The translations under genes were made by a program, and so were the position numbers. This document shows positions 19,823 through 29,637 of a DNA stretch of 64,000 nucleotides, in pieces; within the stretch, counting starts at the first letter, position 1, and each line of letters begins with the position of its first letter. The stretch comes from Candidatus Calescibacterium sp. (lineage in GTDB: Bacteria; Calescibacteriota; Calescibacteriia; Calescibacteriales; Calescibacteriaceae). Under the pieces are notes generated by a model. That model was not told the DNA's origin. It worked only from the letters and a program-made list of their open reading frames with translations, and ran no database searches. The stretch lies in contig JAVVGL010000002.1 of NCBI GenBank assembly GCA_032249135.1, positions 23,575 through 87,574 on the forward strand, written 5' to 3'.

Positions 19823-20365
19823 ATGCATCAAATTGAATGCGATGTTTTCTTCCTATTCTTTGATAAAGTATATAGATTTGATAAGGAAAAACTGTGGATA
19901 TCCCAAGCATTAGAAGAAATAGGAATAATTGCAAACGAAAGAGAGTATGTGAAGATCCCTCAACAGGCATTCTCCATCACAAGAAAACAATTCAATGCTG
20001 GTATTATTATGAAATTCATATCAGGATTGGGCAAATCAGAAATTTCTCTTGGGATAACAAAGGAAGACATATATTTTGGTGATCTTAATTTTGTTTTCGG
20101 AATAGCATCCCCAACAGCTTTATCTTGTGTTGTATCTTTGTGTAGGCTTGATCCAGAGTTTTACGGCTTCCCCCAAGATGATGAACTATACTGCTCAAGG
20201 GTTCAGAAAGAGGTAATTCATGAAATAGGACATGTTTTGGGATTACTTCATTGCGAAAAACCAAGTTGTGTTATGAGTTTTTCAAATTCAATATACGATG
20301 TTGATAGGAAAACAAAATTTTTCTGTGAAAACTGCTCAAAGTTAATTAGAGGGAAAAGAGTATAA
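19823..20365 (+). CDS. Archaemetzincin (peptidase M54)
   Basis: LNFVFG, HEIGHVLGLLHC, CVMSFSNS, FCENC. Confidence 0.9.
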   Translation: MHQIECDVFFLFFDKVYRFDKEKLWISQALEEIGIIANEREYVKIPQQAFSITRKQFNAGIIMKFISGLGKSEISLGITKEDIYFGDLNFVFGIASPTALSCVVSLCRLDPEFYGFPQDDELYCSRVQKEVIHEIGHVLGLLHCEKPSCVMSFSNSIYDVDRKTKFFCENCSKLIRGKRV

Positions 20366-20390
20366 TATATAAAGTGAAAAACCTTATAGA

Positions 20391-21968
20391 ATGAAAAATC
20401 TTATAGACAAAGTAGAAAGTGCTCCCGAGACCTGTGGAGTTTATATTTTCCTCAAAGATAAAAAACCGATATATATAGGGAAAGCAAAAAATCTGAAAGA
20501 AAGATTAAAAGCTTATATCAATTTTTTAGATACAAGAGAAACGGTCCCGAAAATTGTACAAGAAGCTGATGATGTAAGATGGATAATCACAAACACAGAA
20601 GAGGATGCGTTCTTTCTTGAACAAAAATTAATATCAGAAAATCTCCCAAAATATAACGTCAAGGTAAAAGATATAAGAGGATTAAAGTATATAAAAATAG
20701 ATATTTCTCATCAGTTCCCATCAGTATCTTTGACAAGAATACCAAAAAAAGAAAGTGCTTTATACTTTGGTCCTTTTTCTGCAAAAGAAACAAAAGAAAT
20801 TTTTTCAGCTCTGAAAATGGCTTTTGGAATAAGAACATGTACAGAAAATAAGTTCAAAGATTTTCAAAAAAGACAAAGACCTTGCCTTGACGGTCAAATA
20901 GAGGTATGTCCTGCCCCATGTGTAGGAAAAATCACAAGATCAGAATATCTCAAAAATGTGTACAGAGCAATTGATTTTATGAAAGGAAAATTTACAAAGG
21001 TTATAAAAGAACTTGAAAAAAAGATGTGGGAAGAAGCTGAAAAGGAAAACTTTGAAGAAGCAGCAAAAATAAGAGATAAGATAAAAATAATTCAGAAAGC
21101 ACTTGATTACAAAAGAATAATTTTTGAAGATTTCAGAAATGCAGACTACCTCGGCTACGACATAATTGAAGATAAAGTGGGAATTTTTATTCTTAAAATA
21201 AGGGAGGGAAGATTTTTTGGAGGATACGGAGGAGTCTTTCAGTATGGTGGTCAAGATATTCTTGACCTTGCTTTAAAACTCTTTTTTGAAAACTCAGGAA
21301 GTGACGGTATTATTGTTTCTGAAATTATTACATCAGAACAGCAAGTTGGAAAAATATTGTTGAGGCCACCTTATGATGATGAGAAAGAAGTTATGATGCT
21401 CGCAAAATCAAATGCAACAGAACAAATTCTGCAAACGTCAATAAAAATTGCAAAAAAATTCAGAATGCTCACTGAACTACAAAAATTCTTGCTACTTGAT
21501 AAAACTCCTCGGAGAATTGAGGTATATGATTTTTCAAACTTTGGAGGCAAAAATCTTGTCGGTGTAAAAGTTCATTTTGAAGACGGTGAAATAATACCTT
21601 CAAGGCTAAGATTATATAAGGTTGATGAGTTTGGATATGATGATATATCTGCGTTGAAAAATGTCATGTCAAGAAGAATAAAAGATTTTTTTGAAGGCAA
21701 AGATTTACCTTTGCCAGATCTTATTCTTGTAGATGGTGGTAAATCTCACTATTCAGTATTGAAAGAAATACTGACACGAGCTAAATTAGATATACCTTTC
21801 GGCTGCATAAAAAAGGAGGAAAGAAATAGAAGAAATGTATCTTTGATTTTTCAGAACCAAGAATTAAAACCAACGGGAAACCTTTTAAGTTTTATTTTAT
21901 ATCTTGTAAATTCAGCTCACGAAAGAGCAAGGAGGTTTGCAGTTTCAAGAACAACAAAAATAAACTGA
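20391..21968 (+). CDS. uvrC: Excinuclease ABC subunit C lacking the C-terminal HhH domains
   Basis: GVYIF..IYIGKAKNLKER GIY-YIG, FEEAAKIRD UVR, RIEVYD, PDLILVDGG. Confidence 0.9.
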   Translation: MKNLIDKVESAPETCGVYIFLKDKKPIYIGKAKNLKERLKAYINFLDTRETVPKIVQEADDVRWIITNTEEDAFFLEQKLISENLPKYNVKVKDIRGLKYIKIDISHQFPSVSLTRIPKKESALYFGPFSAKETKEIFSALKMAFGIRTCTENKFKDFQKRQRPCLDGQIEVCPAPCVGKITRSEYLKNVYRAIDFMKGKFTKVIKELEKKMWEEAEKENFEEAAKIRDKIKIIQKALDYKRIIFEDFRNADYLGYDIIEDKVGIFILKIREGRFFGGYGGVFQYGGQDILDLALKLFFENSGSDGIIVSEIITSEQQVGKILLRPPYDDEKEVMMLAKSNATEQILQTSIKIAKKFRMLTELQKFLLLDKTPRRIEVYDFSNFGGKNLVGVKVHFEDGEIIPSRLRLYKVDEFGYDDISALKNVMSRRIKDFFEGKDLPLPDLILVDGGKSHYSVLKEILTRAKLDIPFGCIKKEERNRRNVSLIFQNQELKPTGNLLSFILYLVNSAHERARRFAVSRTTKIN

Positions 21969-22000
21969 AAAAATAGAAATAAACTGAAAAATAAGATTGT

Positions 22001-23095
22001 TTACTGCAGAATAATATCTAAAATTCTCTTTGAGCCGTCTTCTATACTGAAATCTTTTAGTTTATCTTTTAAATCAGATAGTAAATCACCTGAAATAAAC
22101 TCTTTTAGTATAACTTCAAATCTTCCTTCATTATCTTGTCTCACAATAATGCATCTGTCTCCAAAAATCTTGAGAGGGTTTTTAAATTGATGATCCCCAA
22201 TTGATTTCGGTAGAGGAACAAAGATTGCGGGCTTTTTAGCATATGCTATTTCAAAAACAGTACCAGCTCCTCCTCTTGAAATAATAAAATCCGCTAAACC
22301 GATATAATATCCTATTTTTTCTGAGAATGGAAAAATTGAATAATCAATTTTAGCGTTTAATTTTTGTTTTAGCGAAGAGTAGAATATTTGAGCTTCATCA
22401 AAAAATAAATCTCCGGTCTGATGAAATATTTTGAGATAAGGCAAATTTGTATCAGATTCCGCTATTTTTTTTAAGGATTTTGTGAATAATTTATTGAGAC
22501 TTAAAGCTCCTTGACTTCCCCCAGTTATAAGGATTTTTAAAAATTCATCTTTTTTCTCATGTTTCTCTTTCATACCTTCTTCAAGATGTTCTTTGAATTT
22601 ATTTCTCAAGGGAAACCCAACTACTACTGATTTCTTTTTTGAAAAATTTGGGATTTCTGATTCCGGAAAAGATAATAAAATTTTATCTGCAAAAATTGAA
22701 GAGAGTTTATTTGCCAATCCCATTACAGAATTTTGCTCAAAAATAAAAACTCGTGACTTTAATATCTTACCTGCAAGGAGAGATGGACCTGAAACATATC
22801 CTCCAAATCCTACAACTACATCTGGTTTTATTTTTTTTAGGATTTCAACGGCATCTTTTAAAGATGAGAAAGCAGATAACATTCCTTTGAATGCACCAAT
22901 CCCCTTGCCTACGATTGGTTTTGCATCTAAAAAGAAAACTTTTGATGTTGGAATTTCGCTCAAAAATCTTTGTTCTGCTTTTCTTGATTTACCTGTTATG
23001 AAGAATATTTCAGTGTCTTTTGGGAGTTTTTCTGCTACCGCTATTGCCGGCGCTATATGTCCTCCAGTTCCCCCTGCTACGATGCATATTCTCAT
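22001..23095 (-). CDS. murG: Undecaprenyl-PP-MurNAc-pentapeptide GlcNAc transferase
   Basis: AGGTGGHIAP, GFGGYVSGP, EQNSVMG, GGSQGA, SRGGAGT, HQFKN. Confidence 0.96.
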   Translation of the reverse strand: MRICIVAGGTGGHIAPAIAVAEKLPKDTEIFFITGKSRKAEQRFLSEIPTSKVFFLDAKPIVGKGIGAFKGMLSAFSSLKDAVEILKKIKPDVVVGFGGYVSGPSLLAGKILKSRVFIFEQNSVMGLANKLSSIFADKILLSFPESEIPNFSKKKSVVVGFPLRNKFKEHLEEGMKEKHEKKDEFLKILITGGSQGALSLNKLFTKSLKKIAESDTNLPYLKIFHQTGDLFFDEAQIFYSSLKQKLNAKIDYSIFPFSEKIGYYIGLADFIISRGGAGTVFEIAYAKKPAIFVPLPKSIGDHQFKNPLKIFGDRCIIVRQDNEGRFEVILKEFISGDLLSDLKDKLKDFSIEDGSKRILDIILQ

Positions 23096-23100
23096 AGTTT

Positions 23101-23715
23101 TTATTTAGCATTTTCATTTTGTTTTTTATTTGCTTTTGGAATTATTATAGTTCCTTCTTTTTCATCTCCAAGTTTTATTGTTTTCTTTTTCAAGTGTAAA
23201 AAAGCTGTGAATGAACAAGCAATAGCATCTAATTCATCTTGAGAAAAATTTCTAATTGATTTTGGGTCTAAAAATTTCTGATTTACAAAAAATTTTATGA
23301 TTTCTGCTTTTGATTTTCTTGGAATTCCAAATACATCGTATGTTGCTCCCGGAAAAACTTCTATTACTTCTGCGTTGAATTTTTCTATAATTTTCTGCTT
23401 TAATCTCATACCTCTTTCTGTGAGCATTCTCATAGGTCCCAAAGTTATAGGAAAGAATTTTATTTTCATTTTCATAAGTTCTAAATCACATTTTCTGAAA
23501 TGAATGTTATTTTTTTCATAAATACTTTTTCTACCAAGCGGCAAAGATAAAGGGGCATCTATCGCAACGATTTTTACATCTTCTGGTATTGCTTCAAGAA
23601 TTTCTTTATCTTCTTTTACACAAAATACATCCAAAACTTTGTTTGTACTTATACATATTCCCGTATTAGATTTTTCACTTCCGCTCAAATCTATACCTAT
23701 AACTTTAAATTTCAT
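23101..23715 (-). CDS. DUF429 family protein (predicted RNase H-fold nuclease)
   Basis: IGIDLSG, VAIDAPLSLP, RKCD, IEVFPGA, DELDA. Confidence 0.85.
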   Translation of the reverse strand: MKFKVIGIDLSGSEKSNTGICISTNKVLDVFCVKEDKEILEAIPEDVKIVAIDAPLSLPLGRKSIYEKNNIHFRKCDLELMKMKIKFFPITLGPMRMLTERGMRLKQKIIEKFNAEVIEVFPGATYDVFGIPRKSKAEIIKFFVNQKFLDPKSIRNFSQDELDAIACSFTAFLHLKKKTIKLGDEKEGTIIIPKANKKQNENAK

Positions 23716-23744
23716 TTTATCTACTAATTTTCCGGCTTAATCTC

Positions 23745-24935
23745 TCATTTTATTTTCTGCATAAGGTCAAAAAAGATATTTTCAAGTTCTTTGAAATTCT
23801 TGACAATAATATCAGTTTTTTGAAGATTTGTGTGAGTTGTGAGAATTCCTATGGTTTTAGCACCGGCATAAAAACCAGCATCTATTCCATGCTGAGAATC
23901 TTCTATTACCCAACATTTTTTAGTTGGGACTCCAAGTTTTTCAGCTGCGGTAATGTAGCAATCTGGATTTGGTTTTCCCTGCCTTATATCTGAACCTGAA
24001 ACTACAACATCAAAAAGATTTCTCATTCCTATCTCGTCAGATAAGAATTCAATATTTTCTTTCGGAGTAGAAGAAACAAGAGCAAGTTTTATTCCCTTTT
24101 CTTTCAAAAATCTTATGAATTCAATGGATCCAGGAATTGGTTTTATTTTACCTTTTGCAAGCTCTCTATAAATTCTTTCCTTTTCTTCCCCAATTTTTCT
24201 TACTTCATCATCGCTTGCATTTGGAACATATTTTTTTATAATTATCTCATTTGTCATACCGAAAGTGCTTTTAAAATCTTCTTCACCGAAATTTACTCCA
24301 AGCTTCCTCATAACTTCAAACCAAGATTTTTTGTGAAATTCAGAGGAATCAACTATAACTCCATCAAGGTCAAATAAAAAAGCTTCTGTTCCCGTCAAAA
24401 TCTCAAGTGAAAATATGTAAGCTCGGGTGCTACCTTCTTTATCAATATCTTGAATATATACCCAAAATTTTTCTTCAAAAAATTTTTTCACATCTTCTAC
24501 GAGGTCCTTTTTGACCGAAATCAGCAAATCGCATTTTTCTTGATTTTTTAACTTTTCAAGCCAGGGGGATTTTAGTTTTTTTGAGCATCCAAGCTCCATC
24601 GGACCTATTTCATCTACAACTATGATTTCGCCCCCTCTTTCTAACTCCCTAAAAAGAACCTTCTCAAAGTTATAAGGGAAAACTATGTATTTCCCCAACT
24701 TGCAAGTTCTCTCAGAAAATGGTATTTTATCTTCTTTTGTTGCAAGAATCTCTTCTGCCCCCGTATTTATACCTTTGACCATAAATCCTATTCTTTCCTT
24801 CCCTCTTCTTATCTCTGGCGTAATAACACCACTCAAACTGATACCCATAATTTTTAGTCTTGATACAATTTTCTGAATCAACGTTGATTTACCGGAACCA
24901 GGTCTACCGGTTATTATCAAGCATTTCTCTTTCAT
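23745..24935 (-). CDS. Fusion of a THEP1-type NTPase and a HAD-IA (beta-PGM-like) hydrolase
   Basis: ITGRPGSGKSTL, IVVDEIGPMEL; then FLFDLDGVIVDS, KPNPD, IEDSQHG. Confidence 0.88.
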   Translation of the reverse strand: MKEKCLIITGRPGSGKSTLIQKIVSRLKIMGISLSGVITPEIRRGKERIGFMVKGINTGAEEILATKEDKIPFSERTCKLGKYIVFPYNFEKVLFRELERGGEIIVVDEIGPMELGCSKKLKSPWLEKLKNQEKCDLLISVKKDLVEDVKKFFEEKFWVYIQDIDKEGSTRAYIFSLEILTGTEAFLFDLDGVIVDSSEFHKKSWFEVMRKLGVNFGEEDFKSTFGMTNEIIIKKYVPNASDDEVRKIGEEKERIYRELAKGKIKPIPGSIEFIRFLKEKGIKLALVSSTPKENIEFLSDEIGMRNLFDVVVSGSDIRQGKPNPDCYITAAEKLGVPTKKCWVIEDSQHGIDAGFYAGAKTIGILTTHTNLQKTDIIVKNFKELENIFFDLMQKIK

Positions 24936-25207
24936 ATCTACAAGAGTCGCAAATCATCTTGTTTTCTTACTTGCTTTTTTCTTCACCTTTTTATTTATCA
25001 GTCTATTGTAAAAAATTTGTAGAAACACATAAACATTTTTTATTTTCAAAAATAAAATAAGGGAAGTGATTTATTCCTACTTTACCTTTACTAACGACTT
25101 CAATATCTTATCTCTGATTCTTCTTGTCAGCAACATCAAAGCCTTATCTTCAAGCAGAATTTCTCTTATAAAAGACATTATCAAGTCAAAAACTTCTCCA
25201 AAGGTAA

Positions 25208-25420
25208 TTCTTATAATTCGTATACATCTTGGAGGAGATGGAATAAATTTTCATCAAAGCAATACTGCTCAAATACTGGAAAGGCGGAGAGGTATCAGGT
25301 AGTTGTAAGAGGTTATGTAGTAATTTTCGTTGAAGGAGTACCTATAAAGTTTCCAATTTTAGTAAAGCCATATTTTACAAAGCATAAAGTAAATGAGCTT
25401 GGAGCTGAGGTAGGAGAATT
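25208..25420 (+). pseudogene. Probable IS701-family transposase remnant
   Basis: An unannotated frame reads SSKQYCSNTGKAERYQVVV...KFPILVKPYF, resembling the IS701 RQYxGxxGKxxNCQVxV and PxxxxLY motifs; no start codon or TIRs found. Confidence 0.4.
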
Positions 25421-25539
25421 TAAAAGATTAATTTTTGTTTTCTTGTTTCTCCATATTTTTTTATCTTTTCCATTTTAGTCGTTTGTTTATTTTGGTATTT
25501 CACATCTTTGTGTTTGAATTGATTGAGATTTTCGGTTGA

Positions 25540-27330
25540 TTAAATTTTGAAATTATTTTTCAAGCGCCAAAGCTTTACCTCATTTCCGTCAACTTCTGTA
25601 AAAAAGCATTCAGCATCAATTTTATTTTCCTCAATAAAACTTTTCACATCAGATAAATTGTAGAATTCATCAGATATAATTATATCGTCTCCCTGTGAAA
25701 ACTTCGGCAACCTCGCTGCAAAGTTTATATTCCTACCAAAGTAGTCCAAATTATCTTTCAAAGATATAGCGATACAAGAACCAATATGTATTCCAACTTT
25801 GAGTTTGAGCGGAATATCAGGATGCAAATCTAATAATTCCTTTTGAGATTTCATAAAAGAATATATAGCTCCTGATGGACTTCTAAAAACAGCCATTACG
25901 GCATCACCTTCTGTCTTGACAATTGCTCCTTCGCCTTCATCTATATTTTTTCTGAGTATATCAAAGTGCTTCATAACAAGATCAAAAGCCCTCGCATCAC
26001 CTAACTTCTCATAAATCCTTGATGAATTTTTCAAATCTGTAAAAGCAACAACTAAACTTTCAATAGATACACTTTCACCATACTTTAAAAGTTCACCTGA
26101 GAAAAGTTCTCTGAATCGCTGGAATGTAAATATTTCATTAGCTGTGAGTATCTTATCATCCCATCCAAACTCCTCTACTATAAACAATTGTTCATCAGAT
26201 GTAGAATTTATCAAAGTTATGGAAGATTTAGGTCTCAAAACAGGCATATCTTCAAACCATCCATTATCCCTTGCAATAAAAATAGCTTCAGGACTACCTT
26301 CGTCTTCAACTTTGAAAAACTGCCCACCACGAAGTTTTAATGTTCTCACTCTATAAATTTTCTTTTTGAGGCTTACTTCAACTGTTCTTTGCTCACCAGA
26401 CTTTATCAATTCTTGAACCACAATATGCGGAGTAATTGCAGGACCGCCAATACAGAAAAATTTTTCATTTACTTTCTTTATTTTTGGATCAAGCTTGAAT
26501 ATAACCTCAACAGATTTATCAAAGTTTACATCAAAATCAATCAGACAACTTGAACAGTGAGTTTTTGCCTTTATATCCTTCAGAGATGTTAGAGATTCGG
26601 CAGGACCTCTACAAGAAGGGCAGATAAGTTCCCATCTTAACCCCATAAAGCCAGCCCTTACCGCAGCAAGAAAAGCCTCAACTACTTTCTTTTTAGGTAA
26701 ATTGAGATACTCCGCAACTGCATAAGGGCGCAACCTCATAAGAGTTAGATCATCAGCCCGCTCAACAAATAGAGCCAAATTCCTTGCGAGATTTTCATCT
26801 ACACCCGATTTTATAAGCCCGTAGAAAAACTCTTGAAATTTCTTCTTCCCTAAACTACTCGTTTTTTTTATAGATATCCACTTAGCTTCTCCTCTTAGCT
26901 GACTTTCATCATATTTTCTGAATACTTCCTCAAATCTCTTTTTTATCATAGACATAGCAATTGGAACAATCAGAGTTCCCAAAAAGTTTCTGGTTTTTAC
27001 TATAATAGAACAAATGAGTTTTGTTCCCGAAGTATTTTTAGGCAAAAGTTCAACATTCACTATCATTTCAGATATTGGTCCTCTGCTAAATTTTCTCGAT
27101 ACACCAAATCTAAATGGTTTTATCCATTCAAAAGGAGTTTCCTCAACGCTTAATCTAAAAAAAGGTATCGCATAAGCTATTTTTCTCCTTTTGTTTTCAA
27201 AAGTTAAACTCTCTTTTATAAAAGGTAACCCAACATCTTTACTTAACCTGTTTGTATCTGCAATCCAATCCCATATAGCTTCTGGATCAGACTTCAAATC
27301 CCACTCCCACTTGTAAACAAAAGTTGTCAT
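25540..27330 (-). CDS. Class III adenylate cyclase with N-terminal SRPBCC-like and DUF5939 domains
   Basis: FTDLKNS, VKTEGDAVMA, LKVGIH.G, DYFGRNINFAARL; CPSC/CSSC in the middle domain. Confidence 0.9.
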   Translation of the reverse strand: MTTFVYKWEWDLKSDPEAIWDWIADTNRLSKDVGLPFIKESLTFENKRRKIAYAIPFFRLSVEETPFEWIKPFRFGVSRKFSRGPISEMIVNVELLPKNTSGTKLICSIIVKTRNFLGTLIVPIAMSMIKKRFEEVFRKYDESQLRGEAKWISIKKTSSLGKKKFQEFFYGLIKSGVDENLARNLALFVERADDLTLMRLRPYAVAEYLNLPKKKVVEAFLAAVRAGFMGLRWELICPSCRGPAESLTSLKDIKAKTHCSSCLIDFDVNFDKSVEVIFKLDPKIKKVNEKFFCIGGPAITPHIVVQELIKSGEQRTVEVSLKKKIYRVRTLKLRGGQFFKVEDEGSPEAIFIARDNGWFEDMPVLRPKSSITLINSTSDEQLFIVEEFGWDDKILTANEIFTFQRFRELFSGELLKYGESVSIESLVVAFTDLKNSSRIYEKLGDARAFDLVMKHFDILRKNIDEGEGAIVKTEGDAVMAVFRSPSGAIYSFMKSQKELLDLHPDIPLKLKVGIHIGSCIAISLKDNLDYFGRNINFAARLPKFSQGDDIIISDEFYNLSDVKSFIEENKIDAECFFTEVDGNEVKLWRLKNNFKI

Positions 27331-27604
27331 AATGAAACATAATTTAAGCCTTCGCTTGATATATTTCTACTGAAACCAATTCCTTACCTTTTACAAAAAT
27401 AAAATTTCAAAACAAAAATACGAAATAAAATGTTTCTTCTTTCCTAAAAGGAATATAAATAATTCTATTTTTATTTGTTTTATTTGAAAGTGGAAATAAA
27501 AATGCCAAAATAAATAGAATTATAAGCAAAGATATGAAAATTCTCATTTTTAAAATTTTAAAGTGTTTTGATATCATTAACCTTTAAACTTATCAAAGTA
27601 GCTT

Positions 27605-28021
27605 ATGAAAATAGCATTTATATGCACAGGTAATTCAGCAAGAAGTCAAATGGCAGAGGGTTTTGCTAAATACTTTGCCAAAATTTACAATAAAAATATA
27701 GAAATATATTCAGCAGGCTCAAATCCAACAGGTTATGTTCATCCCCTTGCTATAAAAGTTATGAAAGAGATTTCCATAGATATTTCAAACCAATATTCAA
27801 AATCCTTAAATGAAATTCCATATAAGGAGTTAAATTTAGTTATTACTGTTTGTGGGGATGCAAAGGAAACATGTCCAGTAATTCCAGGAATTAAAAGAGA
27901 GCATTGGGAAATTCCTGACCCTGTTAAATTTGAAGGCTCGGAAGAGGAAAAATTAAATTATTTTAGAAAAATAAGGGATGAGATTAAGGAGAGAGTAGAG
28001 AGGTTGATTTTATCTTTGTAG
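27605..28021 (+). CDS. arsC: Thioredoxin-coupled arsenate reductase / LMW-PTP
   Basis: CTGNSARSQMAE, TVC...CP, HWEIPDP. Confidence 0.9.
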   Translation: MKIAFICTGNSARSQMAEGFAKYFAKIYNKNIEIYSAGSNPTGYVHPLAIKVMKEISIDISNQYSKSLNEIPYKELNLVITVCGDAKETCPVIPGIKREHWEIPDPVKFEGSEEEKLNYFRKIRDEIKERVERLILSL

Positions 28022-28044
28022 AAATTCTCCCTTAAAATTTTCAA

Positions 28045-28407
28045 ATGTTAGCTGAAAATTACAAAGCTAAAATTGTTCAGCACGTAAAGAAAATTGATTA
28101 TAATGAGAGATTAAATATAGCAAGAAAATATAATTATAATCTCCATAAAGCACCTTCTGAATTTTTTATTTTAGACTTTTATAATTGTCCTAATGCTTTA
28201 AGCGAAGAGCAATATAGTGCTTTATTTAGAGGTGATGAATCGTATGCGGGCAGTGAAAATTTTATAAATATCTTAAATAATGTGAAGGAGATTTTTAAGA
28301 GAAATTTTGTAGTTCCTGTTCATAATTTAAGAGGAGCAGAGCATTTAATTTTAAAAGTTAACGAAAATCAAACAAAAAAATTTAATTTTTGCTTTATCCC
28401 AACATAA
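28045..28407 (+). pseudogene. N-terminal fragment of a tryptophanase/tyrosine phenol-lyase family enzyme
   Basis: ERLNIARKYNYN...NALSEEQYSALFRGDESYAGSENF...VPVHNLRGAE resembles the TnaA/TPL N-terminus; the ORF stops after about 105 homologous residues, before the PLP lysine. Confidence 0.7.
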
Positions 28408-28469
28408 AAAAGATAAAGAATAAATTAAAAGAAGGGAAATAAATCAAAAGTAAGGAGGTAATTTAAGTC

Positions 28470-29588
28470 ATGGCAGATGAGAGATCTCAAATCCTTGAAG
28501 CTACAATAAAAAGCCTTGAAAAAACTTACGGCAAAGGAGTAATAATGAGACTCGGAGAAAAAGAAAGTTTGAGAATTCCCGTAGTAACATCCGGTTCTCT
28601 TTCAATAGACATAGCAATAGGATGCGGAGGTTATCCAAAAGGGAGATTCATAGAAATTTTTGGTCCGGAGTCATCTGGGAAAACGACAATAGCTTTGCAC
28701 GCAATAGCATCAGTTCAAAGGAAAGGAGGTAATGTAGCTTTTATAGATGCAGAGCACGCACTTGACCCACTATATGCAAAAAATCTGGGAGTAGATGTAA
28801 ATTCACTTTTAATATCTCAACCAGATTATGGTGAACAAGCTTTGGAAATAGCGGAAGAACTTGCATCATCCGGAGCGGTTGACCTTATAGTAATAGATTC
28901 AGTAGCAGCACTTGTTCCAAAAAGTGAACTTGAGGGAGAAATGGGAGATGTTCAAATAGGTTTGCAAGCTCGTCTTATGTCCCAAGCTCTCAGAAAACTT
29001 GTCTCAATAATAGGTAGAACACAAACAATTATAATCTTCACAAATCAACTCAGACAAAAGATAGCAACAGGTCCGATGTGGGGGGTTCCTGAAACAACAA
29101 CTGGTGGAACAGCACTGAAATTCTATGCATCGGTAAGACTTGACGTAAGAAAAGTGGACATTATAAAGGAAGGTGAAAGAGCAATCGGTTCAAGAGTCAA
29201 AATAAAAGTTGCAAAAAATAAAGTTGCTCCGCCTTTCAGAGAAGCTCTCGTTGACATAATATATGGTCAAGGAATATCTTATGAAGGAGAACTTATAGAC
29301 CTTGGGGTTGAATACGGAATAATAGAAAAATCAGGCGCATGGTACTCATACGGAGAAATAAACTTGGGACAAGGGAGAGAACAAGTTAAAAACTTCTTCC
29401 AAGAAAATCCTGAAATAGCAAGAGAGATAGAAAAGAAAATAAGAGAAAAAGCAGGAATTCCAACAGACGAACTCATTGCTGATTACATATTTGACCAAAG
29501 AAAAAATATGGTAACCAAGGAACAAGAAGAAACTCAACAGGCGGAAAAAAGGGAAAAGAAAACTAAAAAATCAAAAGAGAATGAATAA
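28470..29588 (+). CDS. recA: Recombinase A
   Basis: [54 protein letters not shown]. Confidence 0.99.
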   Translation: MADERSQILEATIKSLEKTYGKGVIMRLGEKESLRIPVVTSGSLSIDIAIGCGGYPKGRFIEIFGPESSGKTTIALHAIASVQRKGGNVAFIDAEHALDPLYAKNLGVDVNSLLISQPDYGEQALEIAEELASSGAVDLIVIDSVAALVPKSELEGEMGDVQIGLQARLMSQALRKLVSIIGRTQTIIIFTNQLRQKIATGPMWGVPETTTGGTALKFYASVRLDVRKVDIIKEGERAIGSRVKIKVAKNKVAPPFREALVDIIYGQGISYEGELIDLGVEYGIIEKSGAWYSYGEINLGQGREQVKNFFQENPEIAREIEKKIREKAGIPTDELIADYIFDQRKNMVTKEQEETQQAEKREKKTKKSKENE

Positions 29589-29637
29589 AGAACTATAAGA
29601 GAATTTGGTAAAAAGCACAAGCAAATGAGATTAAGAT

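Noticed and set aside
25066..25302. 78-aa ORF as a real gene
   Set aside because: No motifs or SD; better explained as part of a degraded transposase region
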